64,000 bases of DNA, from positions 1 to 64,000 of IMG/VR virus record IMGVR_UViG_3300033121_000168, one strand, 5' to 3'. A model generated the notes under the pieces. The model made no database searches. It was not told where the DNA came from and saw only the letters and a program-made list of their open reading frames with translations. The position numbers and the translations under genes were made by a program. Positions 43,215 through 53,210 of the stretch are shown here, one piece after another (position 1 is the stretch's first letter; each line of letters starts with the position of its first letter). Origin of the DNA: a virus. Taxonomy: Duplodnaviria; Heunggongvirae; Uroviricota; Caudoviricetes.

Positions 43215-44507
43215 ATGCCACAAATTAGCGAAGTAAAACAAGGTATTGATGGGAAACTGTATGTGGAGTATTCTGACGGTACTACATCAGTTAAAGATTT
43301 GACCTTGACTCAAGCAGATACTTATAAAAGAACAACTCTTTCTTTTGCTGGGGATAGCACATGCCTAACAACTGGCGCAGTATCTTCTGGGACATGGATG
43401 CACTCCTTGACAGTTCCATTTGCTTTTGATAGTGTTAGAGTTGGTTTTGTTTCTGTAGATACTGTTAATTCAGCATCAGGATTGAAGATCTCTGTTGCAT
43501 CTAGTGAAACAGCATTGAACAATGGTACACAATGGCCCATTATTTCTGGATCTAGAAATGATACGGTATGGAGCAATGCTACATTTAATGGTGCAGGAAC
43601 AGGTACTCCAGCAGTTGCTACTTCAACAGCAAATCCATCTATCACATGGACAGATTGGACCCCTTGTAAATCTCTTCCTCGTACAGATGGATTTGGAAAT
43701 TATATTCTATTGTGTCGCGCCTATTTGCCTTCCGCATGGGCTGTTCTACCAGGGTATTCTGCTGTGTGGTCAACTAAAACATCTTCAATTGCTTCAAATT
43801 CTGGTGAAATCTATGAAGTCAGGCAAGTTGGCGCTGATTACATTGCTACACCTTCAGGGTGGTCTAATACAAGTACAGCAGGTGCCTCTCCTGGGTTGAT
43901 CTTTCAGTTCAGAGTTAGACAACCAAACCATTCCCTGGCTTTCTATGGTGACTCAACTTTCCAAGGTTTTGCTGGGACAGCTACTTACTCTTGGGCAGAT
44001 ATGGCTTGTAGAGTACTAGGAGTAATGCATAAAAATGCAGGTTGGTCAGGTCAAACGACCGCACAAACTCTTACAAGACTGAAAGCAGATATCAGTCGTG
44101 GCGAGAAACCTACTTGTATTATGTTTGAATCAGCATCACCAAACGATGCTTCACAATCATATACAACTACAACTTTATATCAAAATAGAGCTTATGTCCT
44201 TGATGTCCTAGATCAGGCTCAGCAGATTGGTGCAGCAGTAATTTTAACTACTCCAATGCCTTACATGGGGACTAACCCAGATGCCAATAACCAAGCAGCG
44301 TATCTTGAGCACTATAGTTGGGTAAAATCACTAGAAACATCAGATGGCAGAGTACAGATTCTTGACTTTTCTTCATTGCATGACACAACTTATCCTGGCA
44401 AATGGAAGTCAGCATATAGTGCAGATGGCTTGCATCCCAATGATACTGCTAAGTCAATAATGAATACTCTAGCTCAAACTGCAATCCGCAACACTCTACA
44501 TGTTTAA
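43215..44507 (+). CDS. SGNH/GDSL hydrolase-domain tail spike-like protein with conserved N-terminal anchor
   Basis: N-terminal MPQISEVKQGIDGKLYVEYSDGTTSVKDL homologous to the 20074 ORF; C-terminal esterase domain with GDS block (AFYGDSTFQGFAG) and DGLHPND catalytic block. Confidence 0.7.
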   Translation: MPQISEVKQGIDGKLYVEYSDGTTSVKDLTLTQADTYKRTTLSFAGDSTCLTTGAVSSGTWMHSLTVPFAFDSVRVGFVSVDTVNSASGLKISVASSETALNNGTQWPIISGSRNDTVWSNATFNGAGTGTPAVATSTANPSITWTDWTPCKSLPRTDGFGNYILLCRAYLPSAWAVLPGYSAVWSTKTSSIASNSGEIYEVRQVGADYIATPSGWSNTSTAGASPGLIFQFRVRQPNHSLAFYGDSTFQGFAGTATYSWADMACRVLGVMHKNAGWSGQTTAQTLTRLKADISRGEKPTCIMFESASPNDASQSYTTTTLYQNRAYVLDVLDQAQQIGAAVILTTPMPYMGTNPDANNQAAYLEHYSWVKSLETSDGRVQILDFSSLHDTTYPGKWKSAYSADGLHPNDTAKSIMNTLAQTAIRNTLHV

Positions 44508-44520
44508 GTAGAGATATGAC

Positions 44521-44580
44521 AAAAGCCCCTAGTGGACCTCTTGGATTATTAGTCCTTGAAGCTCTCTAGGGGCTTTTTCT
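44521..44580. terminator. bidirectional rho-independent terminator between the convergent structural and replication blocks
   Basis: AAAAGCCCCTAG...CTAGGGGCTTTTT long hairpin; a second 9-bp inverted repeat TTAAATTGG/CCAATTAAA follows at 44583-44625. Confidence 0.8.
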
Positions 44581-44653
44581 TTGTTAAATTGGATTCAAGA
44601 AGAATAGACCAATTAAATTAAACCAAATAATAATCCATCCCATGCGTTACTCC

Positions 44654-45217
44654 TTATCGTTGTTTCTTAAGACCTTTTTGAATCAATCGAAGTTCACGAA
44701 GTTGTTGTTCAAGATCACGAATCTTAGTTGCATTTTTAGAAATCAAACTTTGAACAACTTGTTGATCTGTTGTTTGATTAATTTTCTTTGGAACTTCTTT
44801 AGGCTGCACTACATTTTCATTACTAAATGACTCGTTTTTGGTGTAATCAGTTCCAAATTTATTAATCCAGTACTTTGCACCATCAACCAAAAAATTGTTA
44901 GAAAGAGTTTCACTATCAATAAATTCTTTTACTCCTTTACTATCTTCAAGAGTATTGAAAGAGGCTACAGTCATTCGGTAGATTTTAGTAGAACTACCTT
45001 CGTCATGAAAAGGACTTCTGATGCTTGGACAGCCATCTAATGAACTTTCAATACATTTATTATCAGGTCCAAGGATACAACCTTTCCAGACATTACCAAT
45101 ACCCTTCTTCTTGTAATAAACATCATAGTATTCTACTTCAAGTACAATATGATATTTACCTTTAGGAAGATCTTCAGCCCAATATGTACCATATACATCT
45201 TTAAATTCTGTTTCCAT
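44654..45217 (-). CDS. hypothetical protein
   Basis: 187 aa, GGAGAAT RBS (minus strand). Confidence 0.5.
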   Translation of the reverse strand: METEFKDVYGTYWAEDLPKGKYHIVLEVEYYDVYYKKKGIGNVWKGCILGPDNKCIESSLDGCPSIRSPFHDEGSSTKIYRMTVASFNTLEDSKGVKEFIDSETLSNNFLVDGAKYWINKFGTDYTKNESFSNENVVQPKEVPKKINQTTDQQVVQSLISKNATKIRDLEQQLRELRLIQKGLKKQR

Positions 45218-45321
45218 TTCAATTCTCCTTTTTGAAATTCAGTTTGTCCATAAAATCTAACCAATACAAATGAAGTTTGATACAAATCTTCAGATATTCA
45301 GTTTTGATTTTTTCAATTACG

Positions 45322-45573
45322 TTAGTCATTTTCAATCCTTTCTTTGAGTTGTTGAAGTGTAGCAAGAGTTTGAGATCCTGTCAATCGTTGGATTTCAACT
45401 CCGTTGTTGTCTAACAACATCAATGTAGGAATATTTCGAATATTGTATTTTTTAAAATCTTCTAAATGTAAATCAGCATCGAGATCTATCGTATCTAATT
45501 TTATTTGTTGAATTGAGAGCTTTAAAGGTTTGCAGTTAGTACACCAAGTACTAGAGAAAAATAAGAGTTTCAT
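45322..45573 (-). CDS. nrdH: NrdH/thioredoxin-like redoxin
   Basis: 83 aa with CxxC active site (SSTWCTNCKP) next to the RNR gene. Confidence 0.65.
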   Translation of the reverse strand: MKLLFFSSTWCTNCKPLKLSIQQIKLDTIDLDADLHLEDFKKYNIRNIPTLMLLDNNGVEIQRLTGSQTLATLQQLKERIEND

Positions 45574-45574
45574 A

Positions 45575-45802
45575 TTATTTGTTCCATCTTGCGGAGTGCA
45601 ACACGTAAAGGTTAATTGGAGGAAAACTAAGATCAGGCCAACATACTTCAGTAAAAATCCTAGAATTGATTTTAACTTTTTCTGAATCTGATAGTTTATT
45701 CCAACTAACTATTTCATCCAGCGTTCTTTTACATCCTTGACATTTTCCATTGACAAGTTTACAAGATCTAACGCAAGGTGACTTTACCATATTGCACTCC
45801 AT
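45575..45802 (-). CDS. small Cys-rich protein (DUF1289-like)
   Basis: SPCVRSCKL..GKCQGCKRTLDEIVSWNKLSDSEK resembles the DUF1289 C-x4-C...C-x2-C pattern. Confidence 0.45.
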   Translation of the reverse strand: MECNMVKSPCVRSCKLVNGKCQGCKRTLDEIVSWNKLSDSEKVKINSRIFTEVCWPDLSFPPINLYVLHSARWNK

Positions 45803-45806
45803 TTAA

Positions 45807-48044
45807 TTAAAAGATTACTTCACAAGTTCCACCAGCACATGCTGCTCCTGCCATAGTATCAACATCAACAAATTGCTTCTTTTGTAACTCATTACTGAAG
45901 TCAATCTGTTTGAGATTATTAGAAATTGTACACCATTTATGAAGATTATAACAATCTTTCAAGCAGTTAGTCATTTCCAACAGATCTCCATTGAAATAAT
46001 TAAAGGCAAACTTATTTGCTCTACGAACCCAATCTCGTTTCAAAAGATCTTCTCTAGCTTCAGGATCAAGTTTTTCACCCCATCCATTTGCAGTATCACA
46101 TGCAACCCAAAGGTTTTCATTGAAAGCTTTAAGTCCATCCACAATTAAACCTGAAGCAAGTAAACTAGCATTACCATATTTGTTAAGAATTTGTTCTGCT
46201 GTAAATACTTCAGTAAATGGTGCCTGAGGATATGCTTTATCCCCCATAGCAGAAAGCAATGAAATACCAGCAAACCATTCTCGATTATTATAGATATATT
46301 CTTCAACTTCATCCCAATCATCAACTGTGATCGTGTTGCTTACATTGTGTCGAAGATTTTTATCTACACAAAGATCGATATTAGTACCATACTCAATCCA
46401 TACTTGTTGAGCTTTCTTAACGAAATCTAATTGTTTGACTCCAAGAAGATCGCTTTTATAAATGCTACCTTCTTTACTTACAACAGGAAAACTAACAACT
46501 TTATCTGTACCAGTTGATGACCATACACTATCTTCAATCATTTCAGGATTACTTTGTTTGATTAAAGCTAATACATCATCTTGATCATTCATTTGAACAT
46601 TTCTAAAATAAATTGGAGAATGTTCACCATGAATTCCTGAAGCTGTACCAAGTAATACACTTGCATTTCCTGAAGGTTTAACTGCAGTAGTTCTAGCAGC
46701 AGGATTAATATTGATTAATTTAGCAACAACTTTATTCCAATATCTAACACCTTCTGCTGCTTTTTGCATATTGGTTTCATCAAACAAAACATCTGGATTA
46801 TTCATCCATCCTGTAATACTTACTCCAATTAAGGCTTCACGTTCAATAATCTTTTTAGATGCTTCGGTAAGATATTTAAAGTTTGTGTATCCTGCTTGTA
46901 AAGTTCCAAGGATTGCACTAGCTTTACTTGCTCTCATCAAAGTTTCAAAATCAATGCATTTACCACCATTGGTTTCAGTAAGATTACAAACTTGAAAACC
47001 ACTTTCAGCATCTATTGATTTTGGAAGCATGCCAATTTCAACACAAGGATTATAACAGAATTCCAAATTATCAGTAAAGATAAATCCAGGTTCTCCAACT
47101 TGTCGAACTGATTTCATAATCTCATGCCATTCTTCACGAGTTACTTCATCACGTTTCAGCATAACAGAATTATTACTTCTACCACGTTGAGGATTAGTAA
47201 TGAACCAATCTCCGGTTTTGGCATTTAGCATTTCTCTGTCATCTTTACTGAACATACAAATTGTAGCACTGCGACGAACACCACCTGAAAGTACAGCATC
47301 AGACATATGCATTACAAAGTCATACGCAACAATACTTGGCATTCTAACAAAATTCGAATCACCTGTAAACAGACCTTCAATCAGAGCTTCACATTTTTGT
47401 AAAGATTGACGCAAACCATCAGGTCCAGGAGCCTTAAAACCACCTGAGATCAGTGCACCCTTTGGTCGAATTTTAGAATAATCAAAGTGTACTTGAACAC
47501 CTCTATATTCTTTAAATTCTCCATCATGATCAAAATAACTAGCTAACAAAACCCCAAATGAATCGGCCCATCCTTCAATAGTATCGGGAATTGTGAACAC
47601 CTTTGATTTCTTTAAACTACGTTTCTTAAGATCTGGAAGTTTGTTAATGTGTTGAGTTTGAACACTGAAACCAACACCACATCCACATAATAGCATATAC
47701 ATTGCTTCTTGGAAGAATCTAGGGCGATCTACATGAGAAACAGTGCAATTATACATTCTTGCTTCATGCTTGAATAATTGTTCACCACCAAATTGTAATG
47801 CTCGTTGTGCTCCAAGAATTAATTTCTCTTCATAAGCATCTTGAGCATATTGAATCAGTTCTTCAAGTTCAGGAGTCATTACATCTTTATATTTTTCTCG
47901 ATGCATGTCCATTACTCGCTTAACTGATTCCTCCCATGTTTCATATCTATTTTTAGAATCATCCCATCTACTATATCCCATATAGAATTTAGATTGAGAC
48001 AACATTCCTTTACCAATATTTCCAATTTCATTCAACCTTTGCAT
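45807..48044 (-). CDS. nrdJ: ribonucleotide reductase catalytic subunit (likely class II, B12-dependent; no small subunit gene seen)
   Basis: 745 aa; RNR-like active-site regions (..MLLCGCGVGFSV.., ..NPCVEIGM..), C-terminal Cys pair (ACAGGTCE); adjacent NrdH and ThyX; class assignment is inferred from the absence of nrdB. Confidence 0.7.
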   Translation of the reverse strand: MQRLNEIGNIGKGMLSQSKFYMGYSRWDDSKNRYETWEESVKRVMDMHREKYKDVMTPELEELIQYAQDAYEEKLILGAQRALQFGGEQLFKHEARMYNCTVSHVDRPRFFQEAMYMLLCGCGVGFSVQTQHINKLPDLKKRSLKKSKVFTIPDTIEGWADSFGVLLASYFDHDGEFKEYRGVQVHFDYSKIRPKGALISGGFKAPGPDGLRQSLQKCEALIEGLFTGDSNFVRMPSIVAYDFVMHMSDAVLSGGVRRSATICMFSKDDREMLNAKTGDWFITNPQRGRSNNSVMLKRDEVTREEWHEIMKSVRQVGEPGFIFTDNLEFCYNPCVEIGMLPKSIDAESGFQVCNLTETNGGKCIDFETLMRASKASAILGTLQAGYTNFKYLTEASKKIIEREALIGVSITGWMNNPDVLFDETNMQKAAEGVRYWNKVVAKLININPAARTTAVKPSGNASVLLGTASGIHGEHSPIYFRNVQMNDQDDVLALIKQSNPEMIEDSVWSSTGTDKVVSFPVVSKEGSIYKSDLLGVKQLDFVKKAQQVWIEYGTNIDLCVDKNLRHNVSNTITVDDWDEVEEYIYNNREWFAGISLLSAMGDKAYPQAPFTEVFTAEQILNKYGNASLLASGLIVDGLKAFNENLWVACDTANGWGEKLDPEAREDLLKRDWVRRANKFAFNYFNGDLLEMTNCLKDCYNLHKWCTISNNLKQIDFSNELQKKQFVDVDTMAGAACAGGTCEVIF

Positions 48045-48046
48045 TA

Positions 48047-48388
48047 TTACTCCACATCTACTTGACCTTTCAAACGGTAAAGATCAATAACCAATTTCAA
48101 CCCTTTACTCTTATCCTTAGCTTCGATACTTGCATGACCTGATTCTAACCAGTCTGCATCTTGACGTTCATTACCAACTACTCGATCTGAAATAACAACT
48201 TCATTAAAATAATTTCTATGTTGAAGATTTTCTTGATATTCATAAGGAACCGAAGTATCTACTCCGAGTTCAAATAGAATTTGATTGAATTCTTCTGGAT
48301 TTTTGTCAACCCAAATCTTATTTACTTCTGGACGGATCTTATTGATTTCAGAAAGAGAAATGTAACGCAGTGCTACGATATTAAGCAT
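48047..48388 (-). CDS. hypothetical protein
   Basis: 113 aa, start overlaps the RNR stop. Confidence 0.5.
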   Translation of the reverse strand: MLNIVALRYISLSEINKIRPEVNKIWVDKNPEEFNQILFELGVDTSVPYEYQENLQHRNYFNEVVISDRVVGNERQDADWLESGHASIEAKDKSKGLKLVIDLYRLKGQVDVE

Positions 48389-48470
48389 TTATAACTCCTT
48401 TATAGGAGACATGCTACTTTAAATACTCAAAGGAGTATCGATTATAGCATGTCATTGTATGTTTTTCTAG

Positions 48471-49160
48471 TTAAATCTTGAACACTGTAGATACTGCAGT
48501 AGCAATAGCTTTCGCGAGTTCTTGATGTTCTTTCTGTGTACCTTCTGCTGTGCGAAGTTCAATATAATGAATGAAACTACGAATAGTACCTTGAACATAT
48601 AATCGAGAAATAGTATTACCTTCAGGAAGGATAGATCTTGCTTGTTCTTTAGCAATTCCACAACCAATTGCCCAGTTATAATGTTCAGTAACTAAGTCTA
48701 AGACTTCTTGTTGTCTTCGATTCCATTCTGCAACAATGAACCTACTATCTTCAGAATCTTCATCAAGTTCGATACTATTCTGTCGATTCTTCAAATCCTG
48801 CATCCGTGCTTCACGAATAACAAATCCAAGATCTTTTGTAGGGTCAGCATAACGCTGACTAAATTCTTGAAATGAGAATGATCTGTGACGAAGCATCTGA
48901 CGTGCAATATCTCTGGTAGTAGTAATTTCAAGAGTTGCACTTGCCATTTCAAATGGGGACCAGTGTTTATGTTTAACAAGGTAGTTCAGTAACTTATCTG
49001 AAGTTTCGTTGTTCAACTGGTTAGAAGGATTACTTACTCGTGCGCAATAAGCAATTAGTTCTTTAACATCAGATCCATCGAACCATTCACTTGTGTCTGC
49101 ACTTGGTTGTGTATACCCAATTAACTTTGCTTTTGTATAATCCATCAAACTACCTCCCAA
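48471..49160 (-). CDS. thyX: flavin-dependent thymidylate synthase ThyX
   Basis: ThyX signature R-H-R-x7-S (MLRHRSFSFQEFSQRY) and overall size 229 aa. Confidence 0.85.
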   Translation of the reverse strand: MGGSLMDYTKAKLIGYTQPSADTSEWFDGSDVKELIAYCARVSNPSNQLNNETSDKLLNYLVKHKHWSPFEMASATLEITTTRDIARQMLRHRSFSFQEFSQRYADPTKDLGFVIREARMQDLKNRQNSIELDEDSEDSRFIVAEWNRRQQEVLDLVTEHYNWAIGCGIAKEQARSILPEGNTISRLYVQGTIRSFIHYIELRTAEGTQKEHQELAKAIATAVSTVFKI

Positions 49161-49435
49161 CTCTTTACTTCAATTACCTTAATCTTAGGTTCAACTTGAT
49201 AAATAAAGTAATTATCATAATTAGATTCACCACTACCATAGTGACTTTCATAAGAATCCCAGTCTAAAGCCCAATATGTGTCATCATCTTTATTTCTGAA
49301 GATTGTAGTTGCACTACACATATCTTTGTATAAGGTGTCATAATCTTTGTTTACTTCAATTTCTTCAAAGTTATCTGGATAACCTCCCCAAACCCATTCA
49401 CGAGGATTTTCAATTTCAATCTTATTCATTAACAA
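49145..49435 (-). CDS. hypothetical protein
   Basis: 96 aa, overlapping start. Confidence 0.45.
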   Translation of the reverse strand: MLMNKIEIENPREWVWGGYPDNFEEIEVNKDYDTLYKDMCSATTIFRNKDDDTYWALDWDSYESHYGSGESNYDNYFIYQVEPKIKVIEVKSWEVV

Positions 49436-49814
49436 TCTCCTTTAAATTTGGATTTAGATCAAATTCAACTAAAGCCATTAGGTTAAAAATCACACAAGTA
49501 AGTTCATGCAGATCAGGTTCAAGACCTTCAGGATCGTACTTATTACCCTTCATGAAGCTCTGAAAATGCCTGTGTGCTGCTTTTAAATACTCTAGCCTTG
49601 CGTTAGGTACTTTCTTCCAATTATCTCGATCTGGGTACTTCCTAAGACCTACAGTGTAGTGTCTAGCAAGTTCTTCAAGAGCGTAAGGAGGAATCAAAGT
49701 GTAATCAAGTTTATCTTTACTATACTTCTTTCCTATTTCTTTAGGTTCTAAGATTGAACCATGATCAGGAGTGTAATAAAAGTCACCAACGCAATGTGTA
49801 GGTGGTTTACTCAT
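49422..49814 (-). CDS. hypothetical protein
   Basis: 130 aa. Confidence 0.45.
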   Translation of the reverse strand: MSKPPTHCVGDFYYTPDHGSILEPKEIGKKYSKDKLDYTLIPPYALEELARHYTVGLRKYPDRDNWKKVPNARLEYLKAAHRHFQSFMKGNKYDPEGLEPDLHELTCVIFNLMALVEFDLNPNLKEIVNE

Positions 49815-49823
49815 ATACTCTCC

Positions 49824-50324
49824 TCAGTTTAATTTAGGAAAGCAAACAGAAAGATCTACAGGTTGGAATCCTACAGGTTTCTTAACCTTCCCTGTTAACT
49901 TATCACGAATAACATACACCTGATAATCTTCATTATAAGAATAACATGTTTCAACACCTTTGTCTGCATACATTTTTACAGTTTGTTCAGCAATTTCTTT
50001 AGTAGTTGGGTATTTACTCAAGTTATTTGCAGCAACCAAGTTCATAGCTTGGGCAATATCCGCACCGTAAGTATATTGCATTTTTTGCATATAACCCAAT
50101 ACAGTAACAAGAATATCTACACAAGCATCAAGAGCTTCTGCGTTGTCTGTGGCGTCCTTTAGTTCATAAAATTCTTCCTCAATAAAACTAAATTGATCGC
50201 CAAAAGATTTTCCTGAAGTTTCTTGGATTGATCCAGAGATTGAATTAAACGCATAAGTATCAGCATAAAGTTCTCCGGTAGCATATGTTGTTTCTCGGAT
50301 TTCGTAATATTCTTTTCCAGTCAT
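49824..50324 (-). CDS. MazG-like nucleoside triphosphate pyrophosphohydrolase (putative)
   Basis: E-E-x2-E...D metal-binding pattern (FIEEEFYELKDA...EALDACVD). Confidence 0.4.
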   Translation of the reverse strand: MTGKEYYEIRETTYATGELYADTYAFNSISGSIQETSGKSFGDQFSFIEEEFYELKDATDNAEALDACVDILVTVLGYMQKMQYTYGADIAQAMNLVAANNLSKYPTTKEIAEQTVKMYADKGVETCYSYNEDYQVYVIRDKLTGKVKKPVGFQPVDLSVCFPKLN

Positions 50325-50354
50325 ATATGTGCATTTCCTTTCTAACTGTTTTAA

Positions 50355-50543
50355 TTAAACTATTTCAGCATCTTCTTTTTTGACAAAATTAAGACATTGC
50401 CAGCCGCCTTTTTCTCTTGTCCAATAAACATCAGGGGATTCTTTAATTACCATAAAGATTTCCCCTATATGTTTTGAATACCAAAAAGTTTGATTTGAAG
50501 ATTTGATTATTTTAATCTTCTTTGGTGGATTTAGCAGTTGCAT
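50355..50543 (-). CDS. hypothetical protein
   Basis: 62 aa. Confidence 0.35.
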   Translation of the reverse strand: MQLLNPPKKIKIIKSSNQTFWYSKHIGEIFMVIKESPDVYWTREKGGWQCLNFVKKEDAEIV

Positions 50544-51060
50544 CTTGTTCCTTCAAGTTGGTTATCAACTCTTTTAGAAATTCATAAGAATAATTTCTGC
50601 TCATTACAAGTTTCTTAAAGATTTCCTTTCGTTGTTTTGAATTGGAACCTGTTTCTTGTAATGACTGCAGTATAGTTTCTTTTTGCTTTTCAGTCAAGCT
50701 GTTGAACATGGTTTGTATCTTTTTGATGTGGCCTGGATGTCTAAATCTAGAATCAGATTCTTTTTCTAAATATGAAGCACATTGTCGTAAGAAGTCTGAA
50801 AGTTTCCCAGGATACCAATAACTTAAATACCGTATATGTAAATTTTCAATCTTACCAAGGGCTGCATTAGCTTGCCTATGTGCTACCCCTCGGACGTATT
50901 GATTAGCGTCATGTGCGTGGTCCAAACAGTGTTGCTTAGGTGGAATTTCAAGACCAGTGATAGCACATCTGTTCTCTTGTTCTTCAGTCAGAAGATCTCT
51001 AACCCTCTTGACATCTTTAATTGTATATAAATCTTCAGTCATTTTTCTCCTTATAACCAC
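50512..51060 (-). CDS. HNH endonuclease, T4 endonuclease VII-like
   Basis: ..CAITGLEIPPKQHCLDHAHDANQYVRGVAHRQANAALGKIE.. matches the endo VII C..G...H.DH.H......RG..H..N core. Confidence 0.6.
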   Translation of the reverse strand: MVIRRKMTEDLYTIKDVKRVRDLLTEEQENRCAITGLEIPPKQHCLDHAHDANQYVRGVAHRQANAALGKIENLHIRYLSYWYPGKLSDFLRQCASYLEKESDSRFRHPGHIKKIQTMFNSLTEKQKETILQSLQETGSNSKQRKEIFKKLVMSRNYSYEFLKELITNLKEQDATAKSTKED

Positions 51061-51365
51061 GAGTAGTTATTGATTATCCAATCAGCAAAATTTAGTAGCT
51101 GTTCTGGAGTAGCATTAGACTTCATTGTATTAGCCAAATGACTAATAACTTGAACATTACCTTTGACATATCCTTTAGTTGGATCAATCCTGTCTAAACT
51201 AGGAGAGTTAGGACCAACCTTAACCCCCTGTTTATTTAATTCAATTTGTAAAACAGGACAGTAATATGGAATTTGTAAATCCTTATATGTAATGTCGAAA
51301 TCTAAACTCTTCTTTTCTGCTCTGTATTTTGCTTCCCTTACTAATTTCTTAAGATGTGCTGACAT
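51051..51365 (-). CDS. HNH-family nuclease-like protein
   Basis: ..SLDRIDPTKGYVKGNVQVISHLANTMKSN.. typical short HNH motif; adjacent to the endo VII-like gene. Confidence 0.45.
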   Translation of the reverse strand: MSAHLKKLVREAKYRAEKKSLDFDITYKDLQIPYYCPVLQIELNKQGVKVGPNSPSLDRIDPTKGYVKGNVQVISHLANTMKSNATPEQLLNFADWIINNYSWL

Positions 51366-51503
51366 TAGTATTCATGCCACTCATGTCCGCAATCAGGACA
51401 AATGAAATGTCTACATGACATCCATTCACCATTAGAATCTAAATAATCTTCTACAAATGTATACAGATTATTATGTTCACAGTAATCCTCATGTTGATCA
51501 TCT

Positions 51504-52496
51504 TCATTCATATGCTACTCCATATTTATCAAATAATTCTCTAGGGTCTGAAGGATCATCAATTCTTCGTTTCATCCAGCAGCACTTGAAATACAAATCA
51601 AGCATGAATTTCCAATCTGCTTTAATTACTTTTTCATCCCAAGAAATATATTCAAAAGGTTCGGGATACCATTCTTTATATTTTTGGATAACAATTTCAA
51701 GACATTCTTTTACAGATTCAACATCAACTAAAAGATCATACGCAGATTTAGCTCCAAATACTGTATCAGCTAATTGATAACCATGATAATTATCTGAAGA
51801 ATCTCCCCATAACCATTGGAAACACAAGAATTTAAGTCCATCACCTTTTACTGTAGGTGCCTTATATCTAAGTGAACCAAGTTCTGGAACTTCTACAACC
51901 TTAGGCTTATCATCATCAAAATTATAAATAAATAACTTATCCCCTTGATAAGCATCTTTGTCAATAGTACTTACAATTGGAATGTTACCTTTAGCTAATT
52001 CTTCATATCCTCTGATACTTAAAGTATCATCAGTTTCATGTCCATGTGATTTCTTAGATCCATGTACACGCTTCAAATAATCTTTAGCATCAGAAAGAAG
52101 TAAAGGGCGTAGCATGTTTTCACGTTGACCCTTATATCGACCTTTTGATGGAACATCCTTAGCACTTGGTAATGGTAAATCTAGTCTGAAGTTATTTTCA
52201 TCTTCAGCATAAATTTCAAATTCATCAGCTTTAGTTTCTTTTACAATCTTTTCGATTTTCTGTCGAATAACTTTGAAGCAGAATGCAGGAGATTCAGCTT
52301 CTTGTTGATCTTCAATTGTGTAATCTTCAGTAATCTCTTTATTCTTTTCTTGCATTACTTTTTTAAATGCTGTTCTAGTTTTGAAGCTTTTAGTGATCCC
52401 AGTTGGTTGATGAGTAACTAGGATACTTCTTTCTTCAGCAGCAGCAGCACATAAATAAGCAATAATATCTCCATCAATCAGTAATATTCTTTTCAT
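51504..52496 (-). CDS. 5'-3' exonuclease / flap endonuclease (RNase H, T5 D15 / T4 rnh type)
   Basis: N-terminal LLIDGDIIAY, acidic clusters (ETDDTL, IDKDAYQGD) and overall 330 aa, consistent with the FEN family. Confidence 0.8.
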   Translation of the reverse strand: MKRILLIDGDIIAYLCAAAAEERSILVTHQPTGITKSFKTRTAFKKVMQEKNKEITEDYTIEDQQEAESPAFCFKVIRQKIEKIVKETKADEFEIYAEDENNFRLDLPLPSAKDVPSKGRYKGQRENMLRPLLLSDAKDYLKRVHGSKKSHGHETDDTLSIRGYEELAKGNIPIVSTIDKDAYQGDKLFIYNFDDDKPKVVEVPELGSLRYKAPTVKGDGLKFLCFQWLWGDSSDNYHGYQLADTVFGAKSAYDLLVDVESVKECLEIVIQKYKEWYPEPFEYISWDEKVIKADWKFMLDLYFKCCWMKRRIDDPSDPRELFDKYGVAYE

Positions 52497-52815
52497 GAAT
52501 CATTCCTTGTTCTTTAGAGTATTCATAGTATTTATTGACCTTGACTCGTTTGAGATTACTTTTAACTGAGTCTATTTTAAACTCAAAGTTAAACTCATCA
52601 TTGAGCATTTCTATGATTCCAAATAAGTCATTTAATTCAGAATGAATTCTTTGTTTATTATTTTCAAGTAAACCAGGGCAAGTTTCTTCCATACCAAACT
52701 GGCTAGTTTTTAGGGCTATTTGAGAAACTTCGGAAGCTTCTTCAGCTAATTTAATTAGCAAATATTGTATTCTTTTCATTCTAAGTATTCCTTCCAATCT
52801 AAATGGAATCTGCAA
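52474..52815 (-). CDS. mazG: MazG-like NTP pyrophosphohydrolase
   Basis: Classic MazG motif KLAEEASEVSQ...GMEE; true start probably an internal Met (MKRIQY..). Confidence 0.6.
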   Translation of the reverse strand: MQIPFRLEGILRMKRIQYLLIKLAEEASEVSQIALKTSQFGMEETCPGLLENNKQRIHSELNDLFGIIEMLNDEFNFEFKIDSVKSNLKRVKVNKYYEYSKEQGMIHEKNITD

Positions 52816-53183
52816 TTATTCGGTGCATATTTAAATAATGGAGCAATTTCAGAATCGGAATATCCTGCTAATCCACATCCAATTTTAGTTACAACAAAAA
52901 TAAGATGAGGATTTGATTTAGCATAATGCAAAAACTCATCAATATAATCTGAGATTTTACCGATACCTAAAGTTTCAATATATCTATCTTTAGTTGGAAT
53001 AGCATAAGATTGCTTGCATCTTCCTACACTAACACCATATCGTGCCCCAAAATACCTAAGTGCAACCTTTGCTGCCCCTGCACCATGTCTTCCTGCTTCA
53101 TTAGATCCAAATACAAATATTTCATTTTCAGAAAGACTTGTAATATTTTCTTTATCGTAGTATTCAAACATTTGAACCTCCAA
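52776..53183 (-). CDS. Rossmann-fold SLOG/YpsA-like protein (putative nucleotide-processing)
   Basis: IFVFGSNEAGRHGAGAAKVALRYFG and KIGCGLAGY motifs typical of SLOG-type Rossmann proteins; tentative. Confidence 0.35.
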   Translation of the reverse strand: MEVQMFEYYDKENITSLSENEIFVFGSNEAGRHGAGAAKVALRYFGARYGVSVGRCKQSYAIPTKDRYIETLGIGKISDYIDEFLHYAKSNPHLIFVVTKIGCGLAGYSDSEIAPLFKYAPNNCRFHLDWKEYLE

Positions 53184-53185
53184 TG

Positions 53186-53210
53186 AGAAAAAGCCCCGAA
53201 GGGCTTTTAT
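53186..53210 (-). terminator. rho-independent terminator (symmetrical, functions on the minus strand)
   Basis: AAAAAGCCCC-GAA-GGGCTTTTT directly downstream of the minus-strand gene ending near 53210. Confidence 0.7.
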
